From positions 160,001 to 224,000 of the forward strand of contig CAWAUV010000002.1 of the NCBI GenBank assembly GCA_963785305.1: 64,000 nucleotides of DNA, in the 5' to 3' direction. Below are positions 5,903 through 16,287 of this stretch, piece by piece. The stretch's first letter is position 1; each line of letters begins with the position of its first letter. Position numbers and translations under genes: made by a program. The notes below the pieces were generated by a model. The model had not been told where the DNA came from and ran no database searches. It saw only the letters and a program-made list of their open reading frames with translations. This stretch comes from an uncultured Planctomycetaceae bacterium. GTDB taxonomy: Bacteria; Planctomycetota; Planctomycetia; Pirellulales; PALSA-1355.

Positions 5903-7402
5903 TCAACTTTTTTGCCGCGGCGTCAAGCCATCGCCCGCCGAGATCGCGAACACATCCTTTAACCCGCCGAGCTTCTCGCTTTTGCCGCCGATCGCATGGA
6001 CCTCCGGGCCGACATGCGCCGTCACCAAGCTACCAAACAGCGTGAACGGGCTCGCCTCGACGATCGTCACCGGCAAAATCCGACCGATCTGACGCTGTGT
6101 GCCCGAAAACACCACGATGCGGTCGCAACGGGTGCGGCCCACGAGTTGCAACACCGGGCCCGACTCGCCCAGCTTTTGACTTGTTTTGCTTGGTCCCTCG
6201 ACGAGCACCTCCAGCGTGCGGCCGACCAGCGGCTGATTGTCTTCGTGGCTGATCGCGTTTTGGATCGCCAAGAGGTCGTTGTTGCGCCGCCGCTTCACTT
6301 CCTCGGGCACGTCGTCGGGAAAAAGTTGGGCTCCCTTCGTGCCGGGCCGCTCGCTGTATTTGAAGATGAAGCTGTTCTTGAAGCGGCATTCGCGCACCAG
6401 CGACTCCGTGGCGGCGAAGTCGTCTTCGGTCTCGCCCGAAAAGCCCACGATAAAATCGCTCGTCACGGCCGCCTCGGGCACAATCTCGCGAATGCGGGCC
6501 ATCATCTCGCGATATTCCTCCACCGTGTAACCGCGTTTCATGCGGCGGAGCACCGTGTTCGAGCCGCTTTGCGCCGGCACATGCAAATAGGGCGACACCT
6601 TGGGCAGGTCGCGCACCGCCTGGAGCAGGTCGTCGGTCATGTCGCGCGGATAATTGGTCACGAACTTGAGCCGATCGAGCCCCGCGATATCGCCGAGCGC
6701 CACGAGCAGGTCGGCCAATCGCCACAGGCGACCGCCGCTCGCGTGGCGATAGCTGTTGACGGTTTGGCCCAGGAGCGTGATCTCGCGGCAGCCTTCGGCG
6801 GCGAGTTGCTTCGCTTCGGCGATGATCGCCTCGGGCGGCCGGCTTTGCTCGGGTCCGCGCACCGAAGGCACGATGCAATAGGTACAGAATTTGTCGCAAC
6901 CGATCATGATCCGCACGAAGGCTTGGAATGGGCTCGGCCGCATCGTCGGATCGCGGAGCGGATCGTAACTCTCGAAGCTCTGCTCGACCACGTCGCGAGC
7001 GCCGGCCTTGCGATCAAGACTCACTTCAAGCTGTTCGCTCGCTCCGGCTTCGGCGCGGGCAATCAACTCGGCGGTCTGATGAATCTGGCCGGGCCCGACC
7101 ACGAGATCGACAAACGGGGCCCGCTCGAAGATGAGGCGTTGATCCTTTTGGGCCATGCAACCCAACACGCCGATGATTTTGTGCGGATGCTCGCGTTTGG
7201 CGTGTTTGAGTCGGCCGAGGGCGCTGTAGATTTTGTCTTCGGCGTGCTGGCGTACACTGCATGTGTTGAACAGTATCACATCGGCCTGGGCCGGCGCGTC
7301 GGCCAGTTCATAGCCCTCTTTGCGCAGACTGGCCACGACCAGCTCGCTATCGAGCATGTTCATTTGGCAGCCGACGGTTTCGATATAAAGTCGTTTGGCC
7401 AC
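5903..7402 (-). CDS. miaB: tRNA methylthiotransferase MiaB
   Basis: GCQMN, NTCSVR, radical-SAM CDKFCTYC, C-terminal TRAM-like domain. Confidence 0.95.
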   Translation of the reverse strand: MAKRLYIETVGCQMNMLDSELVVASLRKEGYELADAPAQADVILFNTCSVRQHAEDKIYSALGRLKHAKREHPHKIIGVLGCMAQKDQRLIFERAPFVDLVVGPGQIHQTAELIARAEAGASEQLEVSLDRKAGARDVVEQSFESYDPLRDPTMRPSPFQAFVRIMIGCDKFCTYCIVPSVRGPEQSRPPEAIIAEAKQLAAEGCREITLLGQTVNSYRHASGGRLWRLADLLVALGDIAGLDRLKFVTNYPRDMTDDLLQAVRDLPKVSPYLHVPAQSGSNTVLRRMKRGYTVEEYREMMARIREIVPEAAVTSDFIVGFSGETEDDFAATESLVRECRFKNSFIFKYSERPGTKGAQLFPDDVPEEVKRRRNNDLLAIQNAISHEDNQPLVGRTLEVLVEGPSKTSQKLGESGPVLQLVGRTRCDRIVVFSGTQRQIGRILPVTIVEASPFTLFGSLVTAHVGPEVHAIGGKSEKLGGLKDVFAISAGDGLTPRQKS

Positions 7403-7423
7403 GGATTCGCGGAGTGTGTTCGG

Positions 7424-7711
7424 TTATTTTTTGACGACGGCGCCGGCGGGGCCATTTGCGCCGCCGGCAGCGGGGCCCGCAGTCACGGGCGCTCGCGGCG
7501 CGATCGGAGGGCGCGGGGCGGCTTTTTGTTTTTCTTGCTCTTTTTTGACGGCTTCGGCGCGGCGGCGCTTCTCTTGTTCGGCTTCCATTTGCCGGCGCAA
7601 CTGAACCATCAGCTCATCGCGCCGGCGGTTCATCATGCGCACGAGCACCCCGATCGCCACGAACGCCGCGGCCGCCAGCAGCACCCATTCCCAAGCATCC
7701 ATGCCCTTCAT
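7424..7711 (-). CDS. Small membrane-anchored coiled-coil hypothetical protein
   Basis: AGGAG before ATG, one N-terminal TM helix, charged helix. Confidence 0.6.
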   Translation of the reverse strand: MKGMDAWEWVLLAAAAFVAIGVLVRMMNRRRDELMVQLRRQMEAEQEKRRRAEAVKKEQEKQKAAPRPPIAPRAPVTAGPAAGGANGPAGAVVKK

Positions 7712-7875
7712 GACTCTCCTCCGCGAGCGACGGGCCGCCGCCAAAATCGCGGCCGAAACCACCCGGCGGCGCTCGCCGGGGGCCATCTTAAACCAGCGAC
7801 CGCCCGGGGCGCCAGCGAGAAATGCGCGGTTGCAGCCTCGCAGCCCCGCCGGCGCTAGCAACAGCCCGAGTGATG

Positions 7876-8433
7876 CTAGAACTCGCGAGCGCCGTGCCAA
7901 TCGCCCGGGCCGATTGCCGGCGGCGGCGCCACTTGGCGCACGGACCGCTCGAGCGGAGCCGGCCGCGGCCCAACCAGGGGGAACCCAGCGGCGGGCTGCC
8001 CGATCGCGGGAGACGGGTCGCGCGGCGTCGGATCGTCGGCGTACACCGGCTCCGAAATCCAGCGGTTCGGGCCGGCCTGATACGATCGCTGCCCGACGGA
8101 TTGCCGGATTGGATAAGGCAAGGGATAGCCCCAAATATCGCCGGGAATCATGGGCCAAGCCTCGAATGCTCCGGGATAAAACGAGCTAATGCCGGTCCAT
8201 CGCCAGCGCATTTGCTGATTGAGATCGATCTGGCGATTGATTTGCGACATTCGCAGGGCTTCGCGTTGGTAGTACGCGTCGCGACCGGCGTCGAGCGACG
8301 TGTAATTGCTCCGCTCGACCGGCGCGGCGACTTGGGCCTGGCTCGCGCTGGGCAGACACACGACCGCAATCGCTAAAGCGCCGGCGGCCAGAAGCGAGGC
8401 GTCGCAAGTTCGCGGGCAGGGGCGCACGGTCAT
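7876..8433 (-). CDS. Secreted hypothetical protein
   Basis: Signal-peptide-like N-terminus, Pro-rich tail. Confidence 0.55.
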   Translation of the reverse strand: MTVRPCPRTCDASLLAAGALAIAVVCLPSASQAQVAAPVERSNYTSLDAGRDAYYQREALRMSQINRQIDLNQQMRWRWTGISSFYPGAFEAWPMIPGDIWGYPLPYPIRQSVGQRSYQAGPNRWISEPVYADDPTPRDPSPAIGQPAAGFPLVGPRPAPLERSVRQVAPPPAIGPGDWHGAREF

Positions 8434-8735
8434 GGCGGCGAATATCCCGAGATGTCATCGAGCGAACCATAGCGCGACGCCTCGCGGTCGCGCAAGCGCC
8501 GTCCCGCCCATCCAGGCATCCTATACTTAGCGAATCGCTTCGCCAATCGCGCCCGGCCGCCAAAGCGCGTGAAATCCGCCGGATTTTCGAGCGACGAATC
8601 CGGGCCAAGGCCGGTAGGCGAAGTCGGGCCGGTGGATTATGATGGAGCTGTCAAAAACGAAAGCAACGGGCGACAGCAAGGCCGATCCCCATTTTTCGGG
8701 GGCGGCGAATCCAATCGGGGGCGGAGAAAAGTTCG

Positions 8736-9305
8736 ATGCACGCTTGGCACGACATCTATATCGACGACGCACAGATCGAACGCGACTTTCCCGTGGTGAT
8801 CGAGGTGCCTCGCGGAAGCAAGAATAAATACGAGCTCGACAAGGAGACCGGCTTCCTGAAGCTCGACCGCGTGCTCTATCGCGCCGTGCATTATCCGGCC
8901 AACTACGGCTTCATTCCCCGCACATTCTGCGACGATGGCGACCCGCTCGACGCGCTCGTGCTCGGTCACGAGCAAGTCTATCCGCTGACGATCGTCGGCG
9001 CCCGGGCGATTGGCGTGATGCGGATGCGCGACGAAAAGGGCATCGACGACAAGATCATCGCCGTGAATATCTACGATCCCGGCTTCAACACCTACACGAA
9101 CCACGATCAATTGCCGGAGCACATGCTCCGCGAGATTCGCCGGTTTTTCCAGGACTATAAGGTGCTGGAAAACAAGCTGGTCGAAGTCGAAGACTTCATG
9201 GGCGCCAAAGAGGCCACGCGCATTGTGCGCGAAGCGTTGGGCCTCTACCGCCAGTTGCGCCGCGGCGAACTGGGCCACGGCGGCATGATGAAGATCGGCC
9301 GCTAG
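8736..9305 (+). CDS. ppa: Family I inorganic pyrophosphatase
   Basis: KYE, YPANYGFIP, DGDPLD, DDKII motifs. Confidence 0.95.
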   Translation: MHAWHDIYIDDAQIERDFPVVIEVPRGSKNKYELDKETGFLKLDRVLYRAVHYPANYGFIPRTFCDDGDPLDALVLGHEQVYPLTIVGARAIGVMRMRDEKGIDDKIIAVNIYDPGFNTYTNHDQLPEHMLREIRRFFQDYKVLENKLVEVEDFMGAKEATRIVREALGLYRQLRRGELGHGGMMKIGR

Positions 9306-9387
9306 AAGCGGCGGCGGGTATTGGCGATCATGTCCTTGGCGCGTTTGCCATGTGCGGTTCCGCCGAGCGTCATTCCCCCCTATGCCT

Positions 9388-9416
9388 GTGCCATGCCCAC
9401 GCTTGTCGTGGGCATG
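9388..9416 (+). repeat. REP-like palindrome (RAYT-associated family)
   Basis: GTGC-CATGCCCACG-CTTGT-CGTGGGCATG, identical to 31530-31558. Confidence 0.85.
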
Positions 9417-9480
9417 CCGCTTTCATCAACACCCGCAAAGCCGACAAACGCTCGATTCACCTCCACCGTCACGCCAGCCA

Positions 9481-10250
9481 TTAAGCGGCGCGCGAATCTG
9501 GCCGCTGGCCGCGGTCGGCGGAATGACTCCCGGCGGAGCCCGGTGGCACGAGCGGTTGAGCATTTAGCGGAGTCCGCGCCGCGGGCGTTGCGATTGCCCA
9601 ACAGCCGGCGCCGAGCGAGATGCCGGCCAGGAGCGTGGCGGGTGAGTCAGGGAAATAGAGCCCCCGCTGGAGCATCGCCAGCAGGGCAAACACGCCGAAG
9701 AGCCCGCGTCCGCGCGGATACAGCCTGCCGAGCCCAATCGCCAGCGCCGTCGCCACGGCCGCGTGCGGCGCCGCGATCGCCGGCGCTTGGCGGGCCACCT
9801 CTTTGGCCAGCGGCCCTGCCAGCGAGCCTAGCCAAGTAAGCGGTTCGACCACGCTTCGCAGATGCAGCCCCACGGCGGCGCGATTGACGCCATCGGCCAA
9901 TGCCCCCGCGATCAATACCATGAGCGCCACGCGCGCGATCGCCCATCGCCGAGCCTCGTCGAGCGTGGCGGCCAGGAGCAAGATCGCGGCGACCCCGAGG
10001 CCATCGGAAAACAAGTCAGAGAGCCAGATGATTTTACACGCCAGGCCGAGTTCATGGCGGTCGAGCCAAGCACGCGCGTCGTGGCGAGCGGCGGGCCAGA
10101 CCAACGCATGATCCGCGATCACGGCCAGCGCCAGAGCAACGAGCGCGATTGCAAGCCACGACCCCCGCTTGGGCTGCTCGCGCGCATGCGGTCCTGCGCG
10201 AGCAGGGACACATTCGGAGCAGCCGTGTTCAATTCGATTTCGTGAGTCAT
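9481..10250 (-). CDS. PAP2-like membrane protein, degenerate paralog of 42099..42851 (5' frameshift likely)
   Basis: HAAVATALAIGLGRLYPRGRGLF aligns with HAAVAAGMAVGLAWLYPRGRWLF. Confidence 0.55.
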
Positions 10251-10323
10251 CGAACCTCGGTAGATGCCGCGATCAAGTGGGCGCCGCTCTTGGAGACGCT
10301 TTTCGCGGCGATCGTTCGCGGCG

Positions 10324-11142
10324 TCAATAGTTGCGATCAGGATCGGCGAAGAAGATATTCAAGATCGAGTTTCGCACTCCCGAGCCCGGCGGAATCGCCT
10401 CGCGACCGTGCCAGCTCTTGCGGCCGATGGAATTCGACACCGCGAAGGCGTAGCCGCTATTGGGCTGAAAGGCGAACTGCTTGACCTTGCGAAATCGCCC
10501 CCGCCAGGAGATGAGGCCCCGGAGCGAGGTGAGCGAGCGCTCGTAGACGGCCGTGCCGAGCTCGAGTTGCGAGCGATCGGCCGGCAAATAGAGCTGCATG
10601 GTCACGATCTTGGCCCGTCCGTCGGGATGGGGCGCGATCTCATAACCTTCGAGATCGCGAAACAGCGAAGGCTTGGTATAGCTCGCGATCTCGCTCACGC
10701 CCTCGCGCGGCACGCCGAAGCGAAACGAGAGATCGGTGGCCAGCTTGCGGAACACGGCCCGCTTGAGCTCCGCGGAGCCAAGGGCTATCGCCACGTCGCT
10801 CCAAAAATGTTGTTGTTCGCCGGGCAAACGGGCAAGCGCCTCGGCCCGCAGCGGCAAGACATCGCGAGTGCTGATGCCTTCGGCCGAGTGATGTTTCGCG
10901 ACCGAAAGCGGCTTGTAGCTCGTCGGAGCCGGCATGAGCCGCATCATGGTTTCGTACACATCCGGAGGAAAGAACCGCTCGACATAAAAATGCGAATACG
11001 GTTTGTCTTCGACCGAAGTGTTTTCGAGTCTCGCGAGCATGTGACCAACCATGGTGCTCGCGAGACTCGGGGCCGAGCGCGAGCGCGCTGGCGCGGCGTA
11101 AAAGGACGAGTGACCGTGGCCATTGCGAACGCCTCCTTGCAA
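10324..11142 (-). CDS. 2OG-Fe(II) oxygenase superfamily protein
   Basis: HPD ... SWHG ... RNS motif spacing. Confidence 0.7.
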   Translation of the reverse strand: MQGGVRNGHGHSSFYAAPARSRSAPSLASTMVGHMLARLENTSVEDKPYSHFYVERFFPPDVYETMMRLMPAPTSYKPLSVAKHHSAEGISTRDVLPLRAEALARLPGEQQHFWSDVAIALGSAELKRAVFRKLATDLSFRFGVPREGVSEIASYTKPSLFRDLEGYEIAPHPDGRAKIVTMQLYLPADRSQLELGTAVYERSLTSLRGLISWRGRFRKVKQFAFQPNSGYAFAVSNSIGRKSWHGREAIPPGSGVRNSILNIFFADPDRNY

Positions 11143-11636
11143 CGGGTGAGCGAAGAATTCGCCCCGAAGACGTTGAAAGACGCTCGCCGAGAGTGTGGCG
11201 GTCTTTCAGTCGCGCGGAGCGTGCGATGATTCGAGGGGAGACCATTTGCGGAGCGAACGGGCGCCGCCCAGCGCGAGCCCCGCGTCTCCCTGGAAACCAT
11301 ATCGACGCCGGCGGCGCAAAACTTAAAATCCACCTAACCGCCACATTTCTCCAGAACGCCGACCGGCGAGGCAGGAGGGCGGACGTGCAGCGCGAAGCGG
11401 CCGGCGACAGGCCCACGCTAGCATGCGCATGCGGGCGAGATTCCCCCCTCACCTGAAAGCTCACGCCCCCGACAAGCTCGGGGCTTGTCGCCCGGCGCTT
11501 CGACGCGGCAGCAGGTTCAGTATTACGCCGCGGCTCTTTGTGTTACTGCTGGAATTCAAAATTTGTTTGGCGAAAATGGCTTTCCATCCGTTCGTGAGCA
11601 ACTCGTCCGAAGAAACGCAAAGCGGAGCCTCGCGCC

Positions 11637-12650
11637 ATGTCTCTTAAAGGCTCTCGCGATTCCATCCGCGATCGGGCATCGGCCGATTACGCGGCAGTCG
11701 TGCTTGAGAGAACGCTTCCAGACCCATCCGTGCGGCGAGCGTTTGAAAGCGTGTTGGCCGAAGCGATCGTATTCGCCCATGAGCAGAATCCCGCATCGTG
11801 GGGGATCACCCTGTACCCGGACAAGCTGCGGCTGAACGTCGGCCAAGTAGAAGTGATCGTTTTGACGAGCGAGGGGATGTATCTGGTCGTCGACGATTCC
11901 GCTGTTACACAGGCAACGAAATCCACCTTCGGTAGCTTTTTGTCCGATGCGGGGATTCATTATCCGAGTGTCCCGTCGCCGCAGATTTGCTGCCGGATTC
12001 CTGATCGGGATTTTTTATTCGCATATCCGGATTTGCGCAACGCGCACTTCGCGTATATCGCACAGGCGGCGAGGCGGAGTACGCCATTTCGGCGGAGTTT
12101 CTCCCCCGGTATTATTCGCTATTTGCGATGCACCACGTCGTGCGACATTCCATTTCCCGCGTACTTCAAAGACGTCCACGGCTCGAACGACGAATCACGT
12201 TCCCCGCGGTTTTACTTCGAAGGGGCGGTGCGCCAAATTACGAGCAAGCGCTATGAGAGGGATTTAAATGCCCGCGCGGCGTGCGTTGCCCACCATGGAG
12301 CGAAATGCTTCGTCTGCGAAATGGATTTCGGTGTCGTCTACGGACCCGACGCGAAGGATTTCATTCACGTCCATCACTTGATGCCGCTGTCTGAACATAA
12401 CGGCGAACATTCAGTCGATCCTGTCAAAGATATGCACCCATCTGCCCAAATTGTCATGCGATCGTCCATTTGGGCGGCCAATGCAGATCTCTTGAAAATG
12501 TGCGGAGCATGTTGCGGCGCGACGGTTGACGCGCGAGAAAAGCTTATCGCGGCGAATAATGGTGCGGCATGGAATGAAACCGGGACTCGATGGCTCAAAC
12601 GCGCGGTATTGTCGGTCGCGGTTTGTTGGGGGCTGAGCCCATGCTCCTGA
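11637..12650 (+). CDS. McrA-like HNH endonuclease (C-terminal frameshift; true end uncertain)
   Basis: EG..YER..AR..CFVCEMDFG..YG..FIHVHH; CPNCH follows in a shifted frame near 12440. Confidence 0.75.
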   Translation: MSLKGSRDSIRDRASADYAAVVLERTLPDPSVRRAFESVLAEAIVFAHEQNPASWGITLYPDKLRLNVGQVEVIVLTSEGMYLVVDDSAVTQATKSTFGSFLSDAGIHYPSVPSPQICCRIPDRDFLFAYPDLRNAHFAYIAQAARRSTPFRRSFSPGIIRYLRCTTSCDIPFPAYFKDVHGSNDESRSPRFYFEGAVRQITSKRYERDLNARAACVAHHGAKCFVCEMDFGVVYGPDAKDFIHVHHLMPLSEHNGEHSVDPVKDMHPSAQIVMRSSIWAANADLLKMCGACCGATVDAREKLIAANNGAAWNETGTRWLKRAVLSVAVCWGLSPCS

Positions 12651-12952
12651 GCTTTCGGCTGCGCGTGCTCCTGGGATATCGAGTTTTATTGGCGGAGCGG
12701 GGCGAATGTCTCGGCCATGTCGAGCGGGGGCCGGCGGAATGCGCCGGCCCTCAGGCGGCGCGCGACGGCGCTTCGGCGCGATGCGAGGCGGCGGGCGCCA
12801 CGCTCTCTACCCGCTGATGCGCCACGAGCCTGAAGCGCTTCAAGCTGGGGTGTTTCCCGAGCAAGGTCGGGCGAGGAGTCGATCCGAGAACACTTTGGCC
12901 GTGCCCTGTCGGCGATCACCTGCTCGCTGGCAGGAGCCGCGGGAACGTCACG

Positions 12953-13699
12953 TCAGCGGATCGCCGGGGTGGGGGTCGTTACGACGCGCGTGCCGCCGGG
13001 TGGGGTGATCGGCATTCCGCCGGCCGCCATTTGCAGCGAGGCCACGCGCTGGGCCACTTGCGGTTGATAATGGTTGATCGCCAGCGAACGCTGGTAATTG
13101 GCCATCGCCTGCGCCGTGTCGCCCGATTCCTCGCGCAGCTTGCCCAGCGCCGCATAGGCCCGCGCATTGTTCGGCTCGACTTCGAGCGAACTTTGCAACT
13201 GCTGCCGGGCGGCGTCCTTGTTGCCCGATTCGTCGTAGAGTCGGGCCAGTTCGATCTTGGGCGCGGCGATCGTCGGGCTGCGCTGCTCCCAGTTTTGCAC
13301 CAACTGAAACGCCTCGGGGCTCCGATTGTCTTCGACCAAGAGCACCGCCAGGCCGCGGTAGCAGTCCTGATGGTTCGGGTCGCGATCGAGACACTGGTGA
13401 TAATAGCTTTCGGCTTGCTGAATATCCGACTTGTCGTTGTGCAGCCGGCCGAGCCGATGGTAGGTGGCGCCGAGATTGTAATAGGCGTCGGCGTTGTTCG
13501 GATTGCTGGCCAGCGATTGATGGAATCGCTCGAGCGCGCCTTGATAGTAGGCTTGCTGGTACATGGTCACGCCCTCGGCGTTTTGCGCGTGGGAAATCAC
13601 GCCGCAACCGGCGCAACACACCAACCCACAGCCGACGAGAGCGCCGACCACGAGCGAGCAAGCGCGAACCGAGAATCGAGTTCCGAACGGGACCGACAT
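12953..13699 (-). CDS. TPR-repeat (lipo)protein
   Basis: Signal peptide with Cys; NPNNADAYYNLG and EPNNARAYAALG repeats. Confidence 0.85.
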   Translation of the reverse strand: MSVPFGTRFSVRACSLVVGALVGCGLVCCAGCGVISHAQNAEGVTMYQQAYYQGALERFHQSLASNPNNADAYYNLGATYHRLGRLHNDKSDIQQAESYYHQCLDRDPNHQDCYRGLAVLLVEDNRSPEAFQLVQNWEQRSPTIAAPKIELARLYDESGNKDAARQQLQSSLEVEPNNARAYAALGKLREESGDTAQAMANYQRSLAINHYQPQVAQRVASLQMAAGGMPITPPGGTRVVTTPTPAIR

Positions 13700-13894
13700 G
13701 CCATTACCTTGGCGCCGAATAGAGGCAAAGAAAGGAGTCGAGCGGCGGACAATACCGGCGAGCCGGTCCAAACCGCAAGAGCAGTTTTTTGCGACTGCCC
13801 GAGCGACTACACTAGGGGAAACCTTTGCCCCCGACTTTGGGCCCCCGCCGCCACGCTCGAAACATCGTCCGCGACACACCGCACAGGCACGACT

Positions 13895-15169
13895 ATGAAT
13901 TGCTTCTCCCGACTTTCGCCCGCCGGCGATCGTGTCTATTGGCGAATCGCCCCCATGCTCGTCGCGGTCGCAAGCCTGGCGCTCGCGGCGACCGGCGTGG
14001 CCAGGGCCGAGGATTGGCCATGCTGGCGTGGCCCGCGCGGCGATGGCTCGAGCCTGGAACCGCAAATTCCCATGCACTGGAGCGCCGAGGAGAACATCGC
14101 CTGGAGCTCGCCGATTCCGGGCCGCGGCCATGCTTCGCCGATCGTGTGGCGCGACCGCATCTTCGTCGTGTCGTGTCTCGAAGAATCCCAGGAGCGGATT
14201 CTGCTGTGCTTTGACCGCGCCAGTGGGCGCCAGCTTTGGCAAACCGTGGTGCTCAAGAGCCCGCTCGAAAAGAAGCATCAACTCAATAGCTTCGCCTCGA
14301 GCACGCCAGCCACCGACGGCGAGCGAGTCTATGTCACGTTTCTCGATCGCGCCGAAATGGTGGTGGCGGCCTATGACTTCGCCGGCAAAGAAGTCTGGAA
14401 TGTGCGGCCGGGGCCGTTTTCCAGCGTGCATGGTTATTGCAGTTGCCCGGTGCTGTTCGAAAACGAAGTGATCGTCAACGGCGACCACGATGGCGACGCG
14501 TATCTCGTGGCCCTCGACCGAGCCGACGGCCACACGCTCTGGAAAACGCCGCGCGAAAACAAAACCCGCAGCTATTCGACGCCCATTATTCGCGAGATCG
14601 ACGGGCGCACGCAAATGATCCTCGGCGGGTCGAAGTGCGTGGCGAGTTACGATCCGCGCACCGGCGCCCGCCACTGGATCATTCAAGGCCCGACCGAGCA
14701 GTTCGTGGCCTCGGTGGTGTACAACGGCAAGTTCCTGTTTCTCACCGCCGGCTTTCCCGAGCGCCACATGCTCGCGATTCGGCCCGACGGCCACGGCGAC
14801 GTGACCGATTCGCATATTGCCTGGCGCACGAAGAAAGGCGCGGCCTATGTGCCGTCGCCGATCTCGGTGGGTGATTACTTTTTGGCGGTGTCCGACGACG
14901 GGATTGCCAGTTGCTTTCTCGCCGACAGCGGCGCGAGGCAGTGGACCGAGCGCATCGGCACGCATTTCAGCGCCTCGGCCATCTCGTGGAACGGTCTCGC
15001 GTTTTTCACCAATGACGACGGCAAGACCACGATCATTCGTCCGGGCCCAAAGCTCGACATCGTGGCTGAAAACTCGCTGGGCGAGCCAATTCAGGCTTCG
15101 CCGGCGGTGAGCGATGGCCATATCTATATGCGGGCCCCCTCGCGGCTGTTCGCCATTGGCGAGAAGTAA
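13895..15169 (+). CDS. PQQ-like beta-propeller protein (BamB-like)
   Basis: DWPCWRGP, SPIV, G..W repeats. Confidence 0.9.
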   Translation: MNCFSRLSPAGDRVYWRIAPMLVAVASLALAATGVARAEDWPCWRGPRGDGSSLEPQIPMHWSAEENIAWSSPIPGRGHASPIVWRDRIFVVSCLEESQERILLCFDRASGRQLWQTVVLKSPLEKKHQLNSFASSTPATDGERVYVTFLDRAEMVVAAYDFAGKEVWNVRPGPFSSVHGYCSCPVLFENEVIVNGDHDGDAYLVALDRADGHTLWKTPRENKTRSYSTPIIREIDGRTQMILGGSKCVASYDPRTGARHWIIQGPTEQFVASVVYNGKFLFLTAGFPERHMLAIRPDGHGDVTDSHIAWRTKKGAAYVPSPISVGDYFLAVSDDGIASCFLADSGARQWTERIGTHFSASAISWNGLAFFTNDDGKTTIIRPGPKLDIVAENSLGEPIQASPAVSDGHIYMRAPSRLFAIGEK

Positions 15170-15193
15170 CGCCGCGCGACGCGAACGCGAGTT

Positions 15194-16162
15194 TTGTTCG
15201 AGCGTTTCATTCGACCCTTCGGTCCAGCCCCAGACTCTCGCATGCGATCCAGCCTCGGTTGGCCGATAACGCTCGGCGTCGTGATGATCGTGCTCGTGGT
15301 GGCGCTGATTGTCGGCTGGGTGCTTCTGACCGTGGGCCAGGCCGATAAGTCGGCCATGTATTGGGTGATGCTGGCCGTGGGCGCCAGTTTCTTGGTGCTG
15401 GTGCTGGTGGGCGTGGTGCTGTATTTGCTGATCTCCGTGCGCGAGATTCGCCTCAACCAGCGGCAATCGAACTTTATCGACAGCGTGACCCATGAACTGA
15501 AGAGCCCGCTGGCCTCGCTCAAGCTGTATTTGCAAACACTCACCCGGCGAAGCGTGACCGAAGGCCAGCGAGCCGACTTCTATCGCTTCATGCTCGACGA
15601 TCTCGAACGGCTCGACACGTTGATCAATCACATGCTCGACGCGGCCCGGGTCGATCAACTGCCGACGCGAGACGACCTCGCGGTGGTCGACCTGGCCGAA
15701 ATGTTGCGGAGCTGCGCCGAGACGGTTCGCGTGCGTTACCACTTGCCCACCGATGCGATCCGCGTCAGGCTCGTCCCGGCGGCGGTGCGGGCACGGCCGA
15801 TCGATGTGGAAATGATTTTTCGCAACCTGATCGACAACGCCGTGAAATATGGCGGCAATCCGCCGCAGGTCGAGATCGAGCTCGCGCCGGCGGCCGACGA
15901 CCGAGCGCTCGCCCGCATTAGCGACAATGGGCCCGGCATTCCGCCCAAGCTGCGTCGCAAGATCTTCGGCCGCTTCGTGCGCCTGGGCAACGAGCTCGAG
16001 CGCAAGCAGTCGGGCACCGGTTTGGGCCTGTTTATCGTGCGCACTCTCGTGCGGCGCCTGCATGGAGAAATCGCGGTGGGTGATCGGGCGGGCGCCTCGG
16101 GGGCCGTGTTCGAAGTGCGCCTGCCCACGGTGAGGCCGCCGGCCCGCGCCGAACTGCCTTGA
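15194..16162 (+). CDS. Sensor histidine kinase
   Basis: Two TM helices, THELKSPL, NLIDNAVKY, DNGPGI, GTGLGL. Confidence 0.95.
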   Translation: MFERFIRPFGPAPDSRMRSSLGWPITLGVVMIVLVVALIVGWVLLTVGQADKSAMYWVMLAVGASFLVLVLVGVVLYLLISVREIRLNQRQSNFIDSVTHELKSPLASLKLYLQTLTRRSVTEGQRADFYRFMLDDLERLDTLINHMLDAARVDQLPTRDDLAVVDLAEMLRSCAETVRVRYHLPTDAIRVRLVPAAVRARPIDVEMIFRNLIDNAVKYGGNPPQVEIELAPAADDRALARISDNGPGIPPKLRRKIFGRFVRLGNELERKQSGTGLGLFIVRTLVRRLHGEIAVGDRAGASGAVFEVRLPTVRPPARAELP

Positions 16163-16287
16163 GTCGGACCGAATTCTCGTCGACAATACACATGGTTCGC
16201 TCGCGAACAATTGAAAGCCGCTTGCCCGCGAACGAGGGCGCTTCGCGCCGCAAGACGCCGGACTTTCCCCTGACCGCGATTTTCGCC

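Noticed and set aside
12953..16210. 1085-aa minus-strand ORF
   Set aside because: Only the last 248 aa (TPR) look real; the rest is antisense to the propeller and kinase genes.
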